Part shown: in pieces, positions 12,400 to 26,482 of the stretch
Layout of the letters: the number at the start of each line of letters is the position of its first letter
Position numbering within the stretch: the stretch's first letter is position 1
Source: Octopus vulgaris
Taxonomy: Eukaryota
Direction: 5' to 3'
Length of the DNA: 64,000 bases
NCBI GenBank assembly: GCA_951406725.2
Contig: OX597825.1
Location: 38,874,001 to 38,938,000, forward strand
Made by a program: the position numbers and the translations under genes
Notes under the pieces: generated by a model
Seen by the model: only the letters and a program-made list of their open reading frames with translations
What the model was told of the DNA's origin: nothing
Database searches by the model: none

Positions 12400-13500
12400 T
12401 GTTTTCTTCCATGCAAACTAACGTCTGACTGTTCAAAAAAGAATTCAAATGTAACTAGTAGCAAATTCTCTTGAAAAATGAACAAAATTTGATTTATCAA
12501 GTATCTTGAAAAACGGCTTCAGCTCCTAAGGAAATTCAAGGTGACATGATTACTGCATTAGAAGAGGATCGTTCAGCTTTATGAAAAGTGTAAAAGTGAG
12601 CAGCAAAGTATCGCAAAGGAAGAGAGAACGTTGAAGACTAACCAAAATCTGGATGTCCTGATATATCTTGTTCAGCGCATGTTTAAGGATGAAAAGCGAT
12701 TGACTAAAAATGAAATATGCAATGCTACTGTCATATCTCATCAAAGATTTGAGAATATTTTGCAAAGTGAACTTTGCAGAACGAGGGGATTCTTCTCGGT
12801 GGATTCCGCCTTCTTCTGATCGAAACCGTCCCAGGCTGGTAGCATAATGGAAAGATACGAGATTGTTTCAGGCGGAACCAACTGATTAACTTGAACGTTT
12901 CCACATCCAGGATTACACATGATTTCAGCACTTTGAGTCAGAGACAAAGACACACTTCAGCGGAAACACCACTCCACACGAGCTCCAAAGAATGCCACGG
13001 TTATTTTTTTCTGCCGGGAAGGTGATTGCCTAAGTGTTCTGCTGATCGACTCGGTATTTTGTGATTATTATCAAAAGTGCCACATCATCAATGGAGAGTA
13101 CTATGCCAACTTGATGAGAAAGATACAAAAAGCTATCAGGAGGAACAAGTGTACTTGTTACATCAGAACAATTCTCCTTGCTTTCGATGGTAGCTGTCTT
13201 TTACTTGGTCTTTGAACTAATTGATCAGCCTTTCTATTCACCTAATTTGGGACCATCTGACTAGTGTCTCTTCCCCAACAAGAAAAATACTAGGATGGGA
13301 ATTTGTATATCGCAGTGATTATGACGTCATATGTTCTGTATATGACACTTTTGACCAGCTGGAAGAAAGCTTCTTCAAAAAGAAGATCTAAGCATTGCAA
13401 CAGCGATGGAAGAAATGTGTTTACCGCAAGGAGATTTAAGTTGCACAATGAATCTCATATAGTCATATTGCATAACATCATCTTTATAATCCCGAAATTA
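12400..13500 (+). mobile_element. Decayed mariner transposon
   Basis: Motifs SAGKVIA (13010-13030), TINGEYYANL-like (13083-13112), HQNNSP (13160) and YSPNLGPSD (13235-13260) across frameshifts; ends approximate. Confidence 0.75.
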
Positions 13501-14049
13501 TTCTATCATATGCAAATGTAGCCAATGCACTACGGGCAACGGCACAATGCCAAGCGAATATCAGTATATGTAGCAACGTATCGTATTTACTCCAGCTACT
13601 AACGAAACAAAACCTGCAGTGATGGATGCAACACAACTACATGTGATATATCCCACCCGAAAGAGAGAGATTCAAGAAGGATCGAAATGATCGTTGGGCT
13701 GAATAAAGATTCTTGGTGAATCCATTTTTCGTTTCACTTATTCATTATATATATGTATGTGTGTGTCTGTGTGTGAATGTGTGCGTGTGTGCGTGTGTAT
13801 GTGTGTGTGTGTGCGTGAAGAGCGAGAAAGAGATAGAGAACGACAGAGGCAAATACGAATACGTGTGACGGTTCCCTAATACTCATTAATTTACCTTTGG
13901 TATAAGCAGCATGTTTGAATATGTTGTAATATGTCGTAATATAATGTGATATGTCGTAATATAATGTGATAATGTAATTTGAACTGTTGAGTAAGATAAA
14001 AAGTTTCTATATACCAATCAGCCTCAGGTGCGTTAATGTACTGAGCTGA

Positions 14050-15200
14050 GTCAGAACGAGAGAAAAAGAAATGTGTTCATGAGGTATGATAAACGAGGTC
14101 ATTTAATTTTGTTGACGTTGGTTAAGTTAGTGTAAACAAAAACAGTTCTTTTGTTAATCTCTCGATGTTATGTTTTCGCGATGTAATTATTCTCTTAGGT
14201 TTGTTCAGAGAAAATGACCAAGATAATATGAGATATTTGTAGCTCGTAGTGAAATATAATATACTGAAACACCGATACTACTTCGACTGATATGATGTGC
14301 CGTTTAGCCGACCTCTTTATGGCAAATGTAAAACTGAATCTTTATTATGAAAGTTGCACCTGAGGTTGCATTTAACAAGTGTTATCATAGTTGCACAGTC
14401 TACTATAGGTGTATCTGAAATTATATGCCGTAAAATGTACACTACCTATATACATCCCATTCGCCGCAGAGAAATGTTTTATATCTCGATGATATCATGT
14501 AGGATACTTTGCCTGCTTTTTAAGCATCAATTTCCATTTCATAAATATTTTCTTAAAGTCAACTAATGTTTCAAATTTAAGCAGATCATCATCTAATGTT
14601 CAGACTTTCTTTAGATATTACAGGTATTTTTATTTCTTTCAAACCATCCTGAGTTCTTGGTTAAGTAAATTGGAAGATACATTATAGACTTAAGGGATTT
14701 CGTTATTCATTTTAAATTCCAAGGTCCTAACACAATCCATGCAATTCGTAACACAATTCAATGTTCTCATTACCTTTTTGCTAATATTAGGAGAGAATTT
14801 ATCATATATCCTATATTTACTCTGATATGTGGTAATTTCTATAAGCGTATGTAAGCTTATTCAGCTCTATCACATGGTTTCTTGGTTAAATATTCCTTCA
14901 AGTATTTTGATTTCGTATCTAAATGCTGTTTTGGCATTGCCTTATAAGTTCGTTTAGTATTGATGCATTTTATGATATAGTTTCGGCATAGCGCTCATTA
15001 TGGCTCTAAACTCTGTGTAATCCTGAGCTTTAGATTTCCTTAGAAATGGTATAAATATAATTCGTTTCATGTTTGGATGTGTGCAAACTCATATATGGTT
15101 ATTATATAAATCTGTTATTAGATCAACGGTTTGATTATCTGCCTTTAATGATTTGCTGGTATTTATCTCATATAGGTATCGCGCCATCCTACATTGACTT
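14050..15200 (-). mobile_element. Highly decayed Penelope-like element fragment (Neptune-like)
   Basis: Minus strand reads LITDLYNKP (15097-15123), then HP and LRI remnants, CNLRC (~14355-14370), and ATNISYY / NYIAKT GIY-YIG-like remnants (14170-14245). Confidence 0.45.
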
Positions 15201-15329
15201 TATAGCTTACTCTACTTATTTTTAAAAGATTTTGTTTGCATTAACAGCATCGAAATTGGGCATACACGTTCTGTTGAAACCGTCGAACGGTTCGTTTACG
15301 CATTCAACCAGTCCAGCGCATTTCACACG

Positions 15330-15700
15330 GGATCAAACAGTGAGATTCTATTTTTGTCCTTAATGTGAACACTTTTTTACTCATGCTTTTGATGTTTGTG
15401 ATCTCATATATTTTATTATACATTTTTAAAGAACTTTTGCTAGTTTTTGGGTCCTTCAACATCTTGGCATTGATCATCCAAGCATTTCGTTTTGCTTTTC
15501 TGCATTCAGAAAAAAAAATATTTTAGTGAATGATATCTATCTTGATCTTCCTTCTGATAGTTTTATTTTCTTGCAGTTTTGTTAGAATGTCATCAGTCAT
15601 CTAGTGTTTTTTCTTCTTTTCGTTTTTGTTCTTGTTGCAAGCTTACTAACTTCAAACAGCATTAATATCGAAACCACTAAAATCATTATCATAATATTAT
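15330..15700 (-). mobile_element. RTE-clade LINE fragment (inter-domain region)
   Basis: Minus strand reads MTDDIL (~15580-15600) and ECRKAK...DDQCQDVE (15455-15510), typical of the RTE linker. Confidence 0.55.
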
Positions 15701-15704
15701 GTAT

Positions 15705-16175
15705 GGTTCAATCTAATACCTGTAGTTGAAACATGGACATTAACAAAAGTATTATCAAATAGATTAGAAGCCTTTGAGATGTTGGAATATTGAAGACATT
15801 TGAGGATATCGGGACCAAAGCAGTAAATGGATGGTGAAAGGCAGCAAACAAATAAAGAAATGAAATGGAAAAGAACGCAAAGTAAAAAAAAACAAAAAAT
15901 CTAACAAATACATACAAAAGAAGCAGAAAACATTAAAGGGAACATACCCGTGTATTTCTGATATTTAATTAGAAAAAAGTCCTCACAGAAATTGTTAATA
16001 GAATGCAAAAGAAATGAAGAAAGGAAAAGGGGCGTGCAAAAATTGCGTGAAAGGATAATATCGCAAAATATCTGTCCGTCTTAGAATAAAGTATGTCCAA
16101 AAAGATGGAGCACAAATGACTGCGATAGCTTTCAACGGTATTTACATGGCTGAGAGCAGGCAATAGCTGGTGAAG
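15705..16175 (+). mobile_element. RTE-clade LINE 3' fragment
   Basis: ETWTLTKVLSNRLEAFEM...LRIS (15728-15810) and RKRGRAKIA*KDNI (16021-16062) are RTE C-terminal motifs. Confidence 0.75.
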
Positions 16176-17758
16176 AAGTGAATTCTTCTATAACGCTAAA
16201 AAAACTACAAAGAGCTTCTACCAACCCATGAAAAAGTACAAAACTGATGTTGGCACATGTTTGCTGATAATAACACACTTTGTTTTATATATCTATGTTG
16301 AATGCTATACTAAATATAGCTATTTAAATTTATGCACTCTTATGAGTATATATTTAAGCGTTACAAACATACACATTTGACTACAGAAGAATGGAAAAGA
16401 TTTTCTATAGTATTGAGAAGACAAAAAAAGGCATGTTCACTACTACTCAAAGACGGCATGCAAGTGTCATTGCAGAAGCTATTCAATACTTCAGATGCTC
16501 ATTAAATTAGTTATGGAACAGGGATGCATGATGGTGGATAGATTGATATGCAGATTTGTGATTTTGGTGCCTCACCATTAATTAAGCATACAATTAATCC
16601 AAAACACAGCATAAATCTAATAAATGTAATACATAAATGTAAAAATTACGGCACCTGTCTATGGACTAGATAAGAACGTAATCGCATTCTTTCGATGCAA
16701 CTAATGTACAAAAAAGGAGGGAGGATATCTTCTAACGGACCGTTTGAAAGTTTCAGAAATATCTCAGGATTCCTACATTCGTAATATATTTCGACCGTTC
16801 TGCAAAGCAGAAATGAATTATTCGTAGTATAATGACGAGTGCCTAATGATCATATACATAAATTTAATCAATGTAAAGCCCGACTGAGCAAATATAAAAG
16901 ACATCTGATCATACGGTTAATGTTTTGTATTAGGTGGGTGACAGTTAATTTTGTGGATAGGCTTATATGAATTAGATTAGAGATCTAAGGAAGCATCTAA
17001 AAAGTCAGTCTTAGGTTGGTATCGATAGACATTTTAAGTCCCAAAGAACTAAAGGTAGAAATTAATGGTTTTTAAAAGGAATCCATAGCCTGACTATCAG
17101 AACTGTGCAATACTGCTAAATAATCCTTCTGGTATATTCCAATACTATGGCCGGGAAATTTTGAGTTAAGATGGTTTAATATGTATAAAACAAATAAATT
17201 GCTTATATACGGGTTATAATGTAAACTCATTGAGACATCGAATGGCTCTCTTTGATTATCCTTTTTTCCTCCAAATAGATGTGTTACTGAATAACAATGC
17301 ATAACCTGCGTGTATAATGAGCTATATTTCTTGCTCTTCAGTTTTTTAAGTGAAAGTGGAAACTCCTTATTTTTATTGTGGGTGGATTTGAACTAAGATA
17401 TCAACAAGAGGCTGTTACACTATATCAACAAGTTTGAATGCATGCACGTAAGACATTAACATCTGGTTTACGTGAGTTTGACATCGAATTATTGTAACGT
17501 TTAACTTGTGTTTATATTCTTGTCTCCTCCTTTACAAGCGTCTCTTGTTTAAACGTTATCTGCTCAAAAGACAGCTGACAAACGATCTCATTTTCAGTTT
17601 CATAAATGGTAGAATAAATTACTATTTCACCTAGGAAGGTCTGGGTAGCTCTATTTACAAGATTTCTGCTTTTCTTTCTAAAATGTTAACGCTCTTTCTC
17701 TCTCTCTCTCTCTCTCTCTCTTTCTCACTCACTCACTCTCTCTCAATATACATATATG

Positions 17759-17815
<57 letters not shown>

Positions 17816-17850
17816 TAAGAAAGTTTGTTTGGTAAAGCACGTGGGTGAAT

Positions 17851-18110
17851 ATATAAGAAAATAGTAAAGTGTGAAAAAACGACAGAAGGCTTAAATGTTA
17901 AAAAATATATATATTTGTGTCAAAATGTCTGGAGAGAATATACGCGAAACCGGTAATTTCTTTAAAAATTTTAAAATTATGTCATTTTAAGGAAAGGGAA
18001 AAAAAAAAAAAAAAAAAAAATTTTTCCAATATTCTCCAGACATTTTGACACAAATATATATATTTTTTAACATTTAAGCCTTCTGTCGTTTTTTCACACT
18101 TTACTATTTT

Positions 18111-18117
<7 letters not shown>
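17851..18117. repeat. Inverted repeat (85-bp arms) between (TA)n tracts
   Basis: 17851-17935 is the reverse complement of 18033-18117; the spacer contains gcgaaaccggta and an A-run. Confidence 0.9.
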
Positions 18118-18155
<38 letters not shown>

Positions 18156-18889
18156 ATATCGAATAGGTTGTTAGATATTTGAATGGGTGTTCATAGAAGT
18201 TCTCAATAGTTATTCTGGAAGGTCTTGTCTTTCCACATGAAACAAGTAAGAAAGAAATATTAAGAAATAGAAACAAATTTATGTTCTGTGTGCAAATTCG
18301 TGCATCAAAATGTGCCTCCGTCTGTGCGAATGCTTTGTATATGTGTGCGTGTGTGTTTGTGTGTACATGTGTGTTTATACCTATATGTGTGTTTGTGTGT
18401 ACCTATGTGTATACATTTGTGTGTGCGCGTGTGTTTGTATACATACATTTGTATATTTCTTCAATTTATCAACAATTAATGTTTCTTTTACATTTCATAA
18501 TTTCAATTTTCAGTACATTCCCCTTGCGGTGTGAATGTTATTACATTTTACATTGTTAATACATTTCCGAATGTCTGACAGTCGCTTATATAATTTAATT
18601 TTCATTTCGTTTCAGATGTAGTTATATAAATTCAATTCTATCTAATTCATTTAAATATTTGATTTGTTGTGTTTTGCTTTACCTAAAATTTGGGATATCA
18701 CAAATTTAGCAATGATGTCGAAGATATGCAAATGTAATATAAATGCTTACACTAACAGAGAACACTTAAATGCACAGAGATTCGTGTACTCACACACAAT
18801 CATAGAGTTAATGAAATATGTAGATGTATATATATCTGTGTGTGTATACACATGCGTACGTACTTACAAAAATACATATATATAGTAAC

Positions 18890-19064
<175 letters not shown>

Positions 19065-19148
19065 TAGATGCATAGATGCATACACAAACACAACACGCCA
19101 CACGCATATAGTAATTATATGAATAAGTATTTCGCAATTAAAAATAAA

Positions 19149-19437
19149 GTATTCTTTATCTGGCGAGTTTATCAAAATTGCAATGAAAGGAAGCAAAATC
19201 TGATTTCAGGAAAAATATAATGATACATAATTAATAATGTTAAAACGATGAGACACGTGAAAAATTTATCAAGTAACATAGTCATAGAAATAGATTATCT
19301 ATTCTATATTTCCTCCACATACACAAAAGATACACCCGGACTCGCTATCTTATAGATATATATTGATATATGCTTGTAAAACAGTTAGCTCTACACATTC
19401 CTACACACCTACAAGCGCAAATGCACACATACATATG

Positions 19438-19480
<43 letters not shown>

Positions 19481-19573
19481 TTGTGTGTGTATGTATGTAC
19501 GTATGCATACATATTTATTATATCCTTATATATATATATACACACACACTCACACACACACGTACACACACAC

Positions 19574-19620
<47 letters not shown>

Positions 19621-21046
19621 TTATATATATATCATCTATTTATAGTGTGGTGTATTGTGCAATTGCAATGTTAACAGTTAAACCAACTAATTTCCATTTT
19701 TCGGTTATGTTTTTAATCTGTATCATTCTTGCATTTCCTTACGATACTGTTTGTTTATGTATCAGTATGTGTTTCAGTTGTCCATGCAACTGCTGTTAAT
19801 GTGTTCTTTTTATATTCACTCTAATGCGTCACATATAATTATAATTCAATAGAAAAAATGTTTTACTCGTTAATATCATTTGACACGTGTAATCTTTAAC
19901 TTAATTATGTTCAAGAAATTCTTTAAATGCATTTAGTAAGTTTTTTATAGGTGTATATTTATATATACATATTTCTTTCTCTATGTTGGAGATACCGACA
20001 TTTGGTATAGTTCATTGTTGGAGAACAGGGGAAATTTCATGGAATATTACAGAATACCTCTAGAAAACTGTACGTTGTCCTTAGCATTTATTACGCCATC
20101 ATTTCTCATTCGAGGGCAATGGTCATATAAAGCAAGTGTTTTTATCTGTATCTCCACAACTTTATATTTCTAATCTATTAAGTGTTGTTTTCGTGATTAT
20201 CACTAATAGAAAACTTTGTATATTTCTGTTTTCCTTGGATGAATCCGTCAGTGAACAGCGAAAACTCTTTGTTGTATATTTCATATATTAACTACAATAT
20301 TTAGAGGATGTAGCAAAATGCATAGACAATCCATCTGCATCTGTAAGTTGGCTGTTCTGCCATGTTTCTTCATTCTCCGACTCCAACGTTGCTTAAACGA
20401 AAAGACACAATCTCAAGATGAGGATACACTTTGTATGAATGAATTGATAATACTCTGTTCCACGAAGGGAAAGTCATCTGATTAAACGTGACACAGATAT
20501 CATTGCAATTGTTGTCTTCTAAAGTGATAGAGTTGGATCACATACAGAGACATACTGCAAGTCATTCCATACAAGCATCAGGCAATTCCATTTATACACT
20601 GCACTGGACTAGTACGCGAATACTGGCAAAATCTATTCTATGTCACAAATCTTATTACTAGTCTAATTAGATTACATACCGATATATCCCAAAGCAAATA
20701 AATCCAACGCCCCTGTATTTCTATGTGCAAATGCTCTAATAGAATATCTTCCCTATACAATATAAACATTGGTAGATATGGATGTATCAAACATATTGGA
20801 CGAATATTATCACCACAGCACTGCATTTTTTAGTACACAATGCCTTTGTTATGTGAAACTAAACATTTTTCGTTTTGTTGTGCAATCCCTACATAAAAAT
20901 ATCGTATTCTTTATCTGACGAGTTTATCAAAATTGTAAAGAACGGAAGCAAAATATGATTTCAGGAAAAATATTTGACATAATTAATAATGTTAAAACGA
21001 TGAGACGCGTGAGAAGTTTATCAAGTAACATAGTCATAGAAATAGA
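19149..21046 (+). repeat. Pair of ~145-bp diverged direct repeats (19149-19294 and 20904-21046)
   Basis: Both read gtattctttatctg.cgagtttatcaaaattg...tcaagtaacatagtcatagaaataga. Confidence 0.9.
19990..20830 (+). mobile_element. Possible Academ-like (XPG-domain) DNA transposon remnant
   Basis: SQDEDTL (~20411), DTDIIAIVV (~20490) and LDHIQRH...QAS (~20533-20580) loosely resemble HEEADT / DTDV / H..R..YQ motifs; very decayed. Confidence 0.3.
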
Positions 21047-22130
21047 CCTTCGATTATAGGGTTCTGAAGCCGCGAACTTGTATTTTTAATAGTGTGCACT
21101 TCGTCTTTTTAATGTACCGTTCTATTTAATTTTGACGAGTGGTTATGGTATGAAAGATATTTTCGTTAAAAATGTTAAATGTATGAGAGTAGTTGGTACC
21201 TCCTCAGTATGTTTTTAAAATTGCAACTAACATAATTTGCTTTACCAGTTACAAATGTGCCGGTGATGGCAAGAAAATGTGGACAGAGAATGTTTCTTTT
21301 CTCAGTACAGTATTATACAGATTTGTGAATATAGAAGATATAATGTTGTTGCAACGTGCAAGAAAATAATTTATTTTTGAGTGTTTATATAGCGATAAGC
21401 AAAACTGTTTAATGACAATATGTTTTGCACTTCGGATAACCTCTAGTTAATGTTCCGTGATATATTTGCAAGTTTACAATAAAATGAGGAAGTTCTGAGT
21501 GTTCGAGGATCGATTCGCGATTTCATCAAAAGATTTGAAGTGCATATTAAATATAAGTACTGATGAATTTTTCCATGCTTATCATAGTTTCATCTTCTCC
21601 TTTAAATTCATTATCATCATCGTGGTCATGATTTTCTTCGGTGTCGTCGATGTCATCATGGCCACCGCCGATGCCGTAGTCGTCATCATCACCATAATAT
21701 TAAAAAGTGCATCAAGATAATTCAAAGTTGTTCAAGGCAGACATTGTTAGACTCCTCAACGCTTTAAGAGATAAGCCTGCGTTAAATATCAGGCACTGCT
21801 GCTGAGGTTGTGACGATACTAAACTTGTTTAATATAAATTATATTGATCGTGTTCTGGTTGTTCTCAGATGTGCTGAGGATGTGGTGCTTGAAAATCCAT
21901 CAGCTTTTTCCAATATCAATTGAAGTAGATTGGTTATTTCCGATGTGAAATATGACAGCTCACATTTGGTTAAGTTCTATCTCAATACGATGGAAACAAT
22001 TCAAAAAGAGCGCACTTGCAGTGTTTTATATAAAATTAGATAACTGTGTTATGGTTAGCTGAGAATGGAAATGGTTATTTTTCTCTTTCTAAAAAGATGG
22101 AGTTATTTTTTTTATGTAAGAAATCCATAT

Positions 22131-22175
<45 letters not shown>

Positions 22176-22238
22176 TATACATATATGTATGTATATATAT
22201 ATATACATATACATATATATATGTACATACATACATAC

Positions 22239-22326
<88 letters not shown>

Positions 22327-22779
22327 ATGTATATGCTTTGATCTGCCAAATTCTATTATTCCTCCATTATTGCACATTTTAAATATCACATTTCTACCCG
22401 TCGAAAATCGTAATAATAAGTTTTGGTAGAGAACTTTTCAGGAAAAAATGATTGAAGATTAAACTTCTTATTTACCTTATCCACAACAACGTATTTCTAA
22501 GGGAATAGGTTTATCTGAGAAAATATAGTAATGTTATATGCTTTCAAATATATTTCCTCTTAATGTATCTCATAAATGTCTATGTCTGTAAGAATGGACT
22601 GAGGGGTTATTAAACGTCTAATACGAATCACACTCACCAAAAAAACATATATATCATAGATATTTTATATGCTCCACTTTATAAATGAAATGCGACAATA
22701 GATAGTTTATTTATATAATTCTTTTTCTTTATGGCAATATCTGTACCTACATATATACTTCTTTTCCTCAATAGTGTCA

Positions 22780-24350
22780 GGTCCATTGCTATGAGAAACA
22801 TTGCCCGAAGTTGCGTAGAATATATACTGTAACCACATAACATAAAATGTGGGAAATTGAGGGATGAAAAAATGGTACAGGCGTCTGTATTTGGTGTGCA
22901 ACGCTATAGTAACGGATCGGTCACGTGTAACTCTTATCTGTTCTAAAAGTTGTCTGTATTTCCTAGTTATAATTGATTCTTTTATGCTCTATTTTCCAAT
23001 GTTTGTTTCCGTAGCTTCCAAGGAAACCTGGATCTTTTGTGTGTAACATTTGTGTTGGGATGTGAGAGGAAATTACATAAAAGTGTTCTTTAATTCTTTT
23101 GTCTGATTGTACATCCGATGTCAAATTGTTTTCTTTTGCTTTATGTAAATTTATTCACATAGGACCATGGACATATATGTTCATTTTCGTTTGGGCAGTT
23201 GGGTAGTGTATATGGGGGTTTGTGCTGTCTTGCCTGGTTTGTAACTAGAATTCTCGAGGAATTTCAGGAGTCTGCCAGTCGTATATTCCATCCTTCTTTA
23301 CGGAACTCATATAAGATTATATCAGTTGCTTTTTCTTCCTGTGTGGCAATTTCAAAAACCACATGTTAACTTTGGATATGTGAACTTGCTCAGGTGGTCT
23401 GCTGGTGACCTAGTGTTTAGTTACAGAGTATGGATAACCATTCCCCAACGAGATCTTTCTGTATTGAAAGATGTTGGTATTTTCGCTTCTTACATGATTG
23501 CGAATGTATTTATAGACACAATGTAAACCACTCCTACCGCTGCAGGCCTAGTGTAAAAATAGACATTAACGAGGGCCTCAGAACCCAACACATAAGTAGA
23601 ACACTCATGTAATGTTAACAATGAGTGCCCATTAGATGATAGATGCAAATCTCAGGCCGTATATAGGAAGCAGAGGTGGTGTTCAAAAGTAGCACCTAAA
23701 ATAGTAGTAGCAACAGCAGAAGTAACAACGTGAGAACATGCTTAGAAATATATCGGAGCAACGGAGAGAATTTTGAAGACTAAATAACCACATATACGCT
23801 TTTGGGATCTCGGTGAGGTGAAAATTTACATTATTGATGTCATTTAAAAGTTGAGGGAACGCATACAGTATTAAAAGGATGCAGCTGGAACAGTTTGGAC
23901 ATATCTCAACGGAAACAAACGGTGCAAAATGTGAATAGCCTTGATCATAATGATCCTAAAAAATCAACACAATCCGGTGGGTTTCAAGAAATCAAAAACT
24001 GACACTTAATCAGTTGCCATATGATAGGATATTTGCTTTGGAAACCTGGTCTTCCACGTTTGTAGGCTCTTGTACGAAAAAGAAACATATTTTCTGACAT
24101 AGCTGGAATCGTTCAAAGGCAAGTAAATTTCTCCCTCTCAGACAAGATATTTGTCGTTTAAGGTTTCATTTAGTTCTGGATGTTTTCACCATCAGAGTGA
24201 ATAAGAATATTTTTACCTCCATTAGTAAAGATGTTATGTGATTCGGCCCAGTAAATCTTAGTCACCTATATGGACACATGAAATAGTAGTCATGAAACCA
24301 GTGGTAAATTTCTAACCGGCCATTATGCAAAATAACTGTGTGTTTCTGTG
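22780..24350. mobile_element. Decayed Naiad-like Penelope element; RT part on the minus strand (~22780-23525), endonuclease part on the plus strand (~23530-24050)
   Basis: Plus strand: SCN...ECPLDDRC (23605-23647), YIGATE (23749-23766), YLNGNKRCKM*IA (23902-23940), LISCH (~24007), matching the Naiad-type CxC..CPLxGxC / YIG / KRCxLC layout. Minus strand: only weak RT-thumb remnants. Confidence 0.6.
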
Positions 24351-24953
24351 TCTGACTGTGATATATAAGAGTGTTCTTTTGGAAATACCAGTTTAAACTA
24401 AGAAGAAATATTGAATGTATTAAACAGATGCTGCATATGCGGAAGCCCTACTAATCTCAAAACAAAAACTGAATAAATATGATAAAAGTACGAAAAGAAT
24501 TTCGTTGGTGTTTATCATTCAACTTCATAAATTATTTACTCGATGTATATTTTTTGGGGGGCAAATGTAAGAGTAACACGAAAGATATTTCTATACTTGA
24601 TACAAGTGTTGCTAAAAAAAGAGAAAGAAACCGTCATCATGAGTTAGGTGTAACCAGAATCCACAATTAGATAAAACAAGATGGCTAAACGAGCTAAACT
24701 GAAAGTTATTCATAATAGAATAATCCCTTTGGCTGGCAGATAAAAAAAGTTGTGCCAATTTATGTTTGAGATTTACGTGAGACACATATTCGCAGACAAA
24801 TGTTATACACACAGAGACACAAGGACTCGCTCACTCGAACGCACACACACTCACATACACACATACACTTACACACACGCACATACTCATGTACACACAT
24901 ACAGAACACACGCACATATAAGAAACATGTATAATTAGAATGACGTATTTGAT

Positions 24954-25007
<54 letters not shown>

Positions 25008-25087
25008 GTGTATAACAAATATATAATTAAACTATGTATTTTCTCTTTCTCTCTGTATCTATCTATATATGTATGTATAAATGTATG

Positions 25088-25129
<42 letters not shown>

Positions 25130-25136
<7 letters not shown>

Positions 25137-25172
25137 CAGATATGTATATATATAATTATATATATATTACAG

Positions 25173-25208
<36 letters not shown>

Positions 25209-25255
25209 CAGATATGTATATATATAAATATATTTATATTACAGATATGTATATA
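25130..25255. repeat. Minisatellite: attacagatatgt unit x4 in (TA)n
   Basis: Direct reading. Confidence 0.9.
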
Positions 25256-25451
25256 TATATATATATGTATCTATATATATATGTATATATATATGTATAT
25301 ATATACACACATATGGTATATATATGCATATATATACATATAGTATATATATATCTACATATATATGTATACATAAATATGTATGTATATATATGTGTGT
25401 TTATGCATGTAACACTATTCATATAATTATATACATATACGTGTAAAAATA

Positions 25452-25504
<53 letters not shown>

Positions 25505-25519
25505 ATGTGTATGTATGTA

Positions 25520-25722
25520 TTTGTGTGTCTGTGTTTATCCCCCATCATCACTTGACAACCAATGTTGGTGTATTTACGTCCCCATAAACTAGCGGTTCGG
25601 CACAACAGACCGATAGAATAAGTAACAGGCTTACAAACAATAAATCCTGGGGTCGCTCTGTCCGACTAGAGGCAGTGCATCAGCATGACCGCAATCAAAT
25701 TGATTGAAACAAAAGAATAAAA
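25520..25722 (+). mobile_element. SINE family A, 3' body
   Basis: cttgacaacc..tgttggtgtatttacgtcccc.taact.agcggttcggca...cagcatgaccgca..caaat; homologous to 52110-52322. Confidence 0.8.
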
Positions 25723-25798
25723 GACTACATATATATGTATTTATGTATGTGTGTTTATATATATGTATACATATATATATGCATGCACACGTGTAGAA

Positions 25799-25853
<55 letters not shown>

Positions 25854-26143
25854 AGTATACAAAGAGAGAGAGTGTGTGTGTTTCTATGTATGTATATATG
25901 AAAAGTACTGTCATGGGAACCAATGATTAATTTACAATATTATCACCATGCATCTGTTGTCCCTGAAGGCTATCTGCATCTACATAGATTAATTCATAGA
26001 TTAATACGAGAAACCATCGAATAGTCGAATTTTCCCTCATCGACACTCACAAGCATCATCACTACATACTCTACAGTATTCATCGGATTTTCTTAAGTTC
26101 TATTGCATTATTTATAGGGTGAGTGGTAGAGAGAAAGAGAGCG

Positions 26144-26174
<31 letters not shown>

Positions 26175-26423
26175 TCTTAGTTTTTCATGTAGTTGAAGTG
26201 TGACGATATTGTCGATTACAACTAATTACATATTTCCATGAGAAAAAAAAATGCATCAACAGGACAACATAATCTCGAAACAAAATATTTTCACACGACA
26301 AAACGTCGTGAAAAAAAAAGGTGATATAAATGTTTATTGGTAAATATTACCTATACGTACCTTCATTTCTTTTCTGTTTGTATTTTTCAATACGAATATA
26401 TATATATGTGTATAGATGAATAT

Positions 26424-26482
<59 letters not shown>

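Noticed and set aside
25960-26035. ctgaaggctat...atagtcgaa resembling an HHR
   Set aside because: Core incomplete and no helix III or stem I
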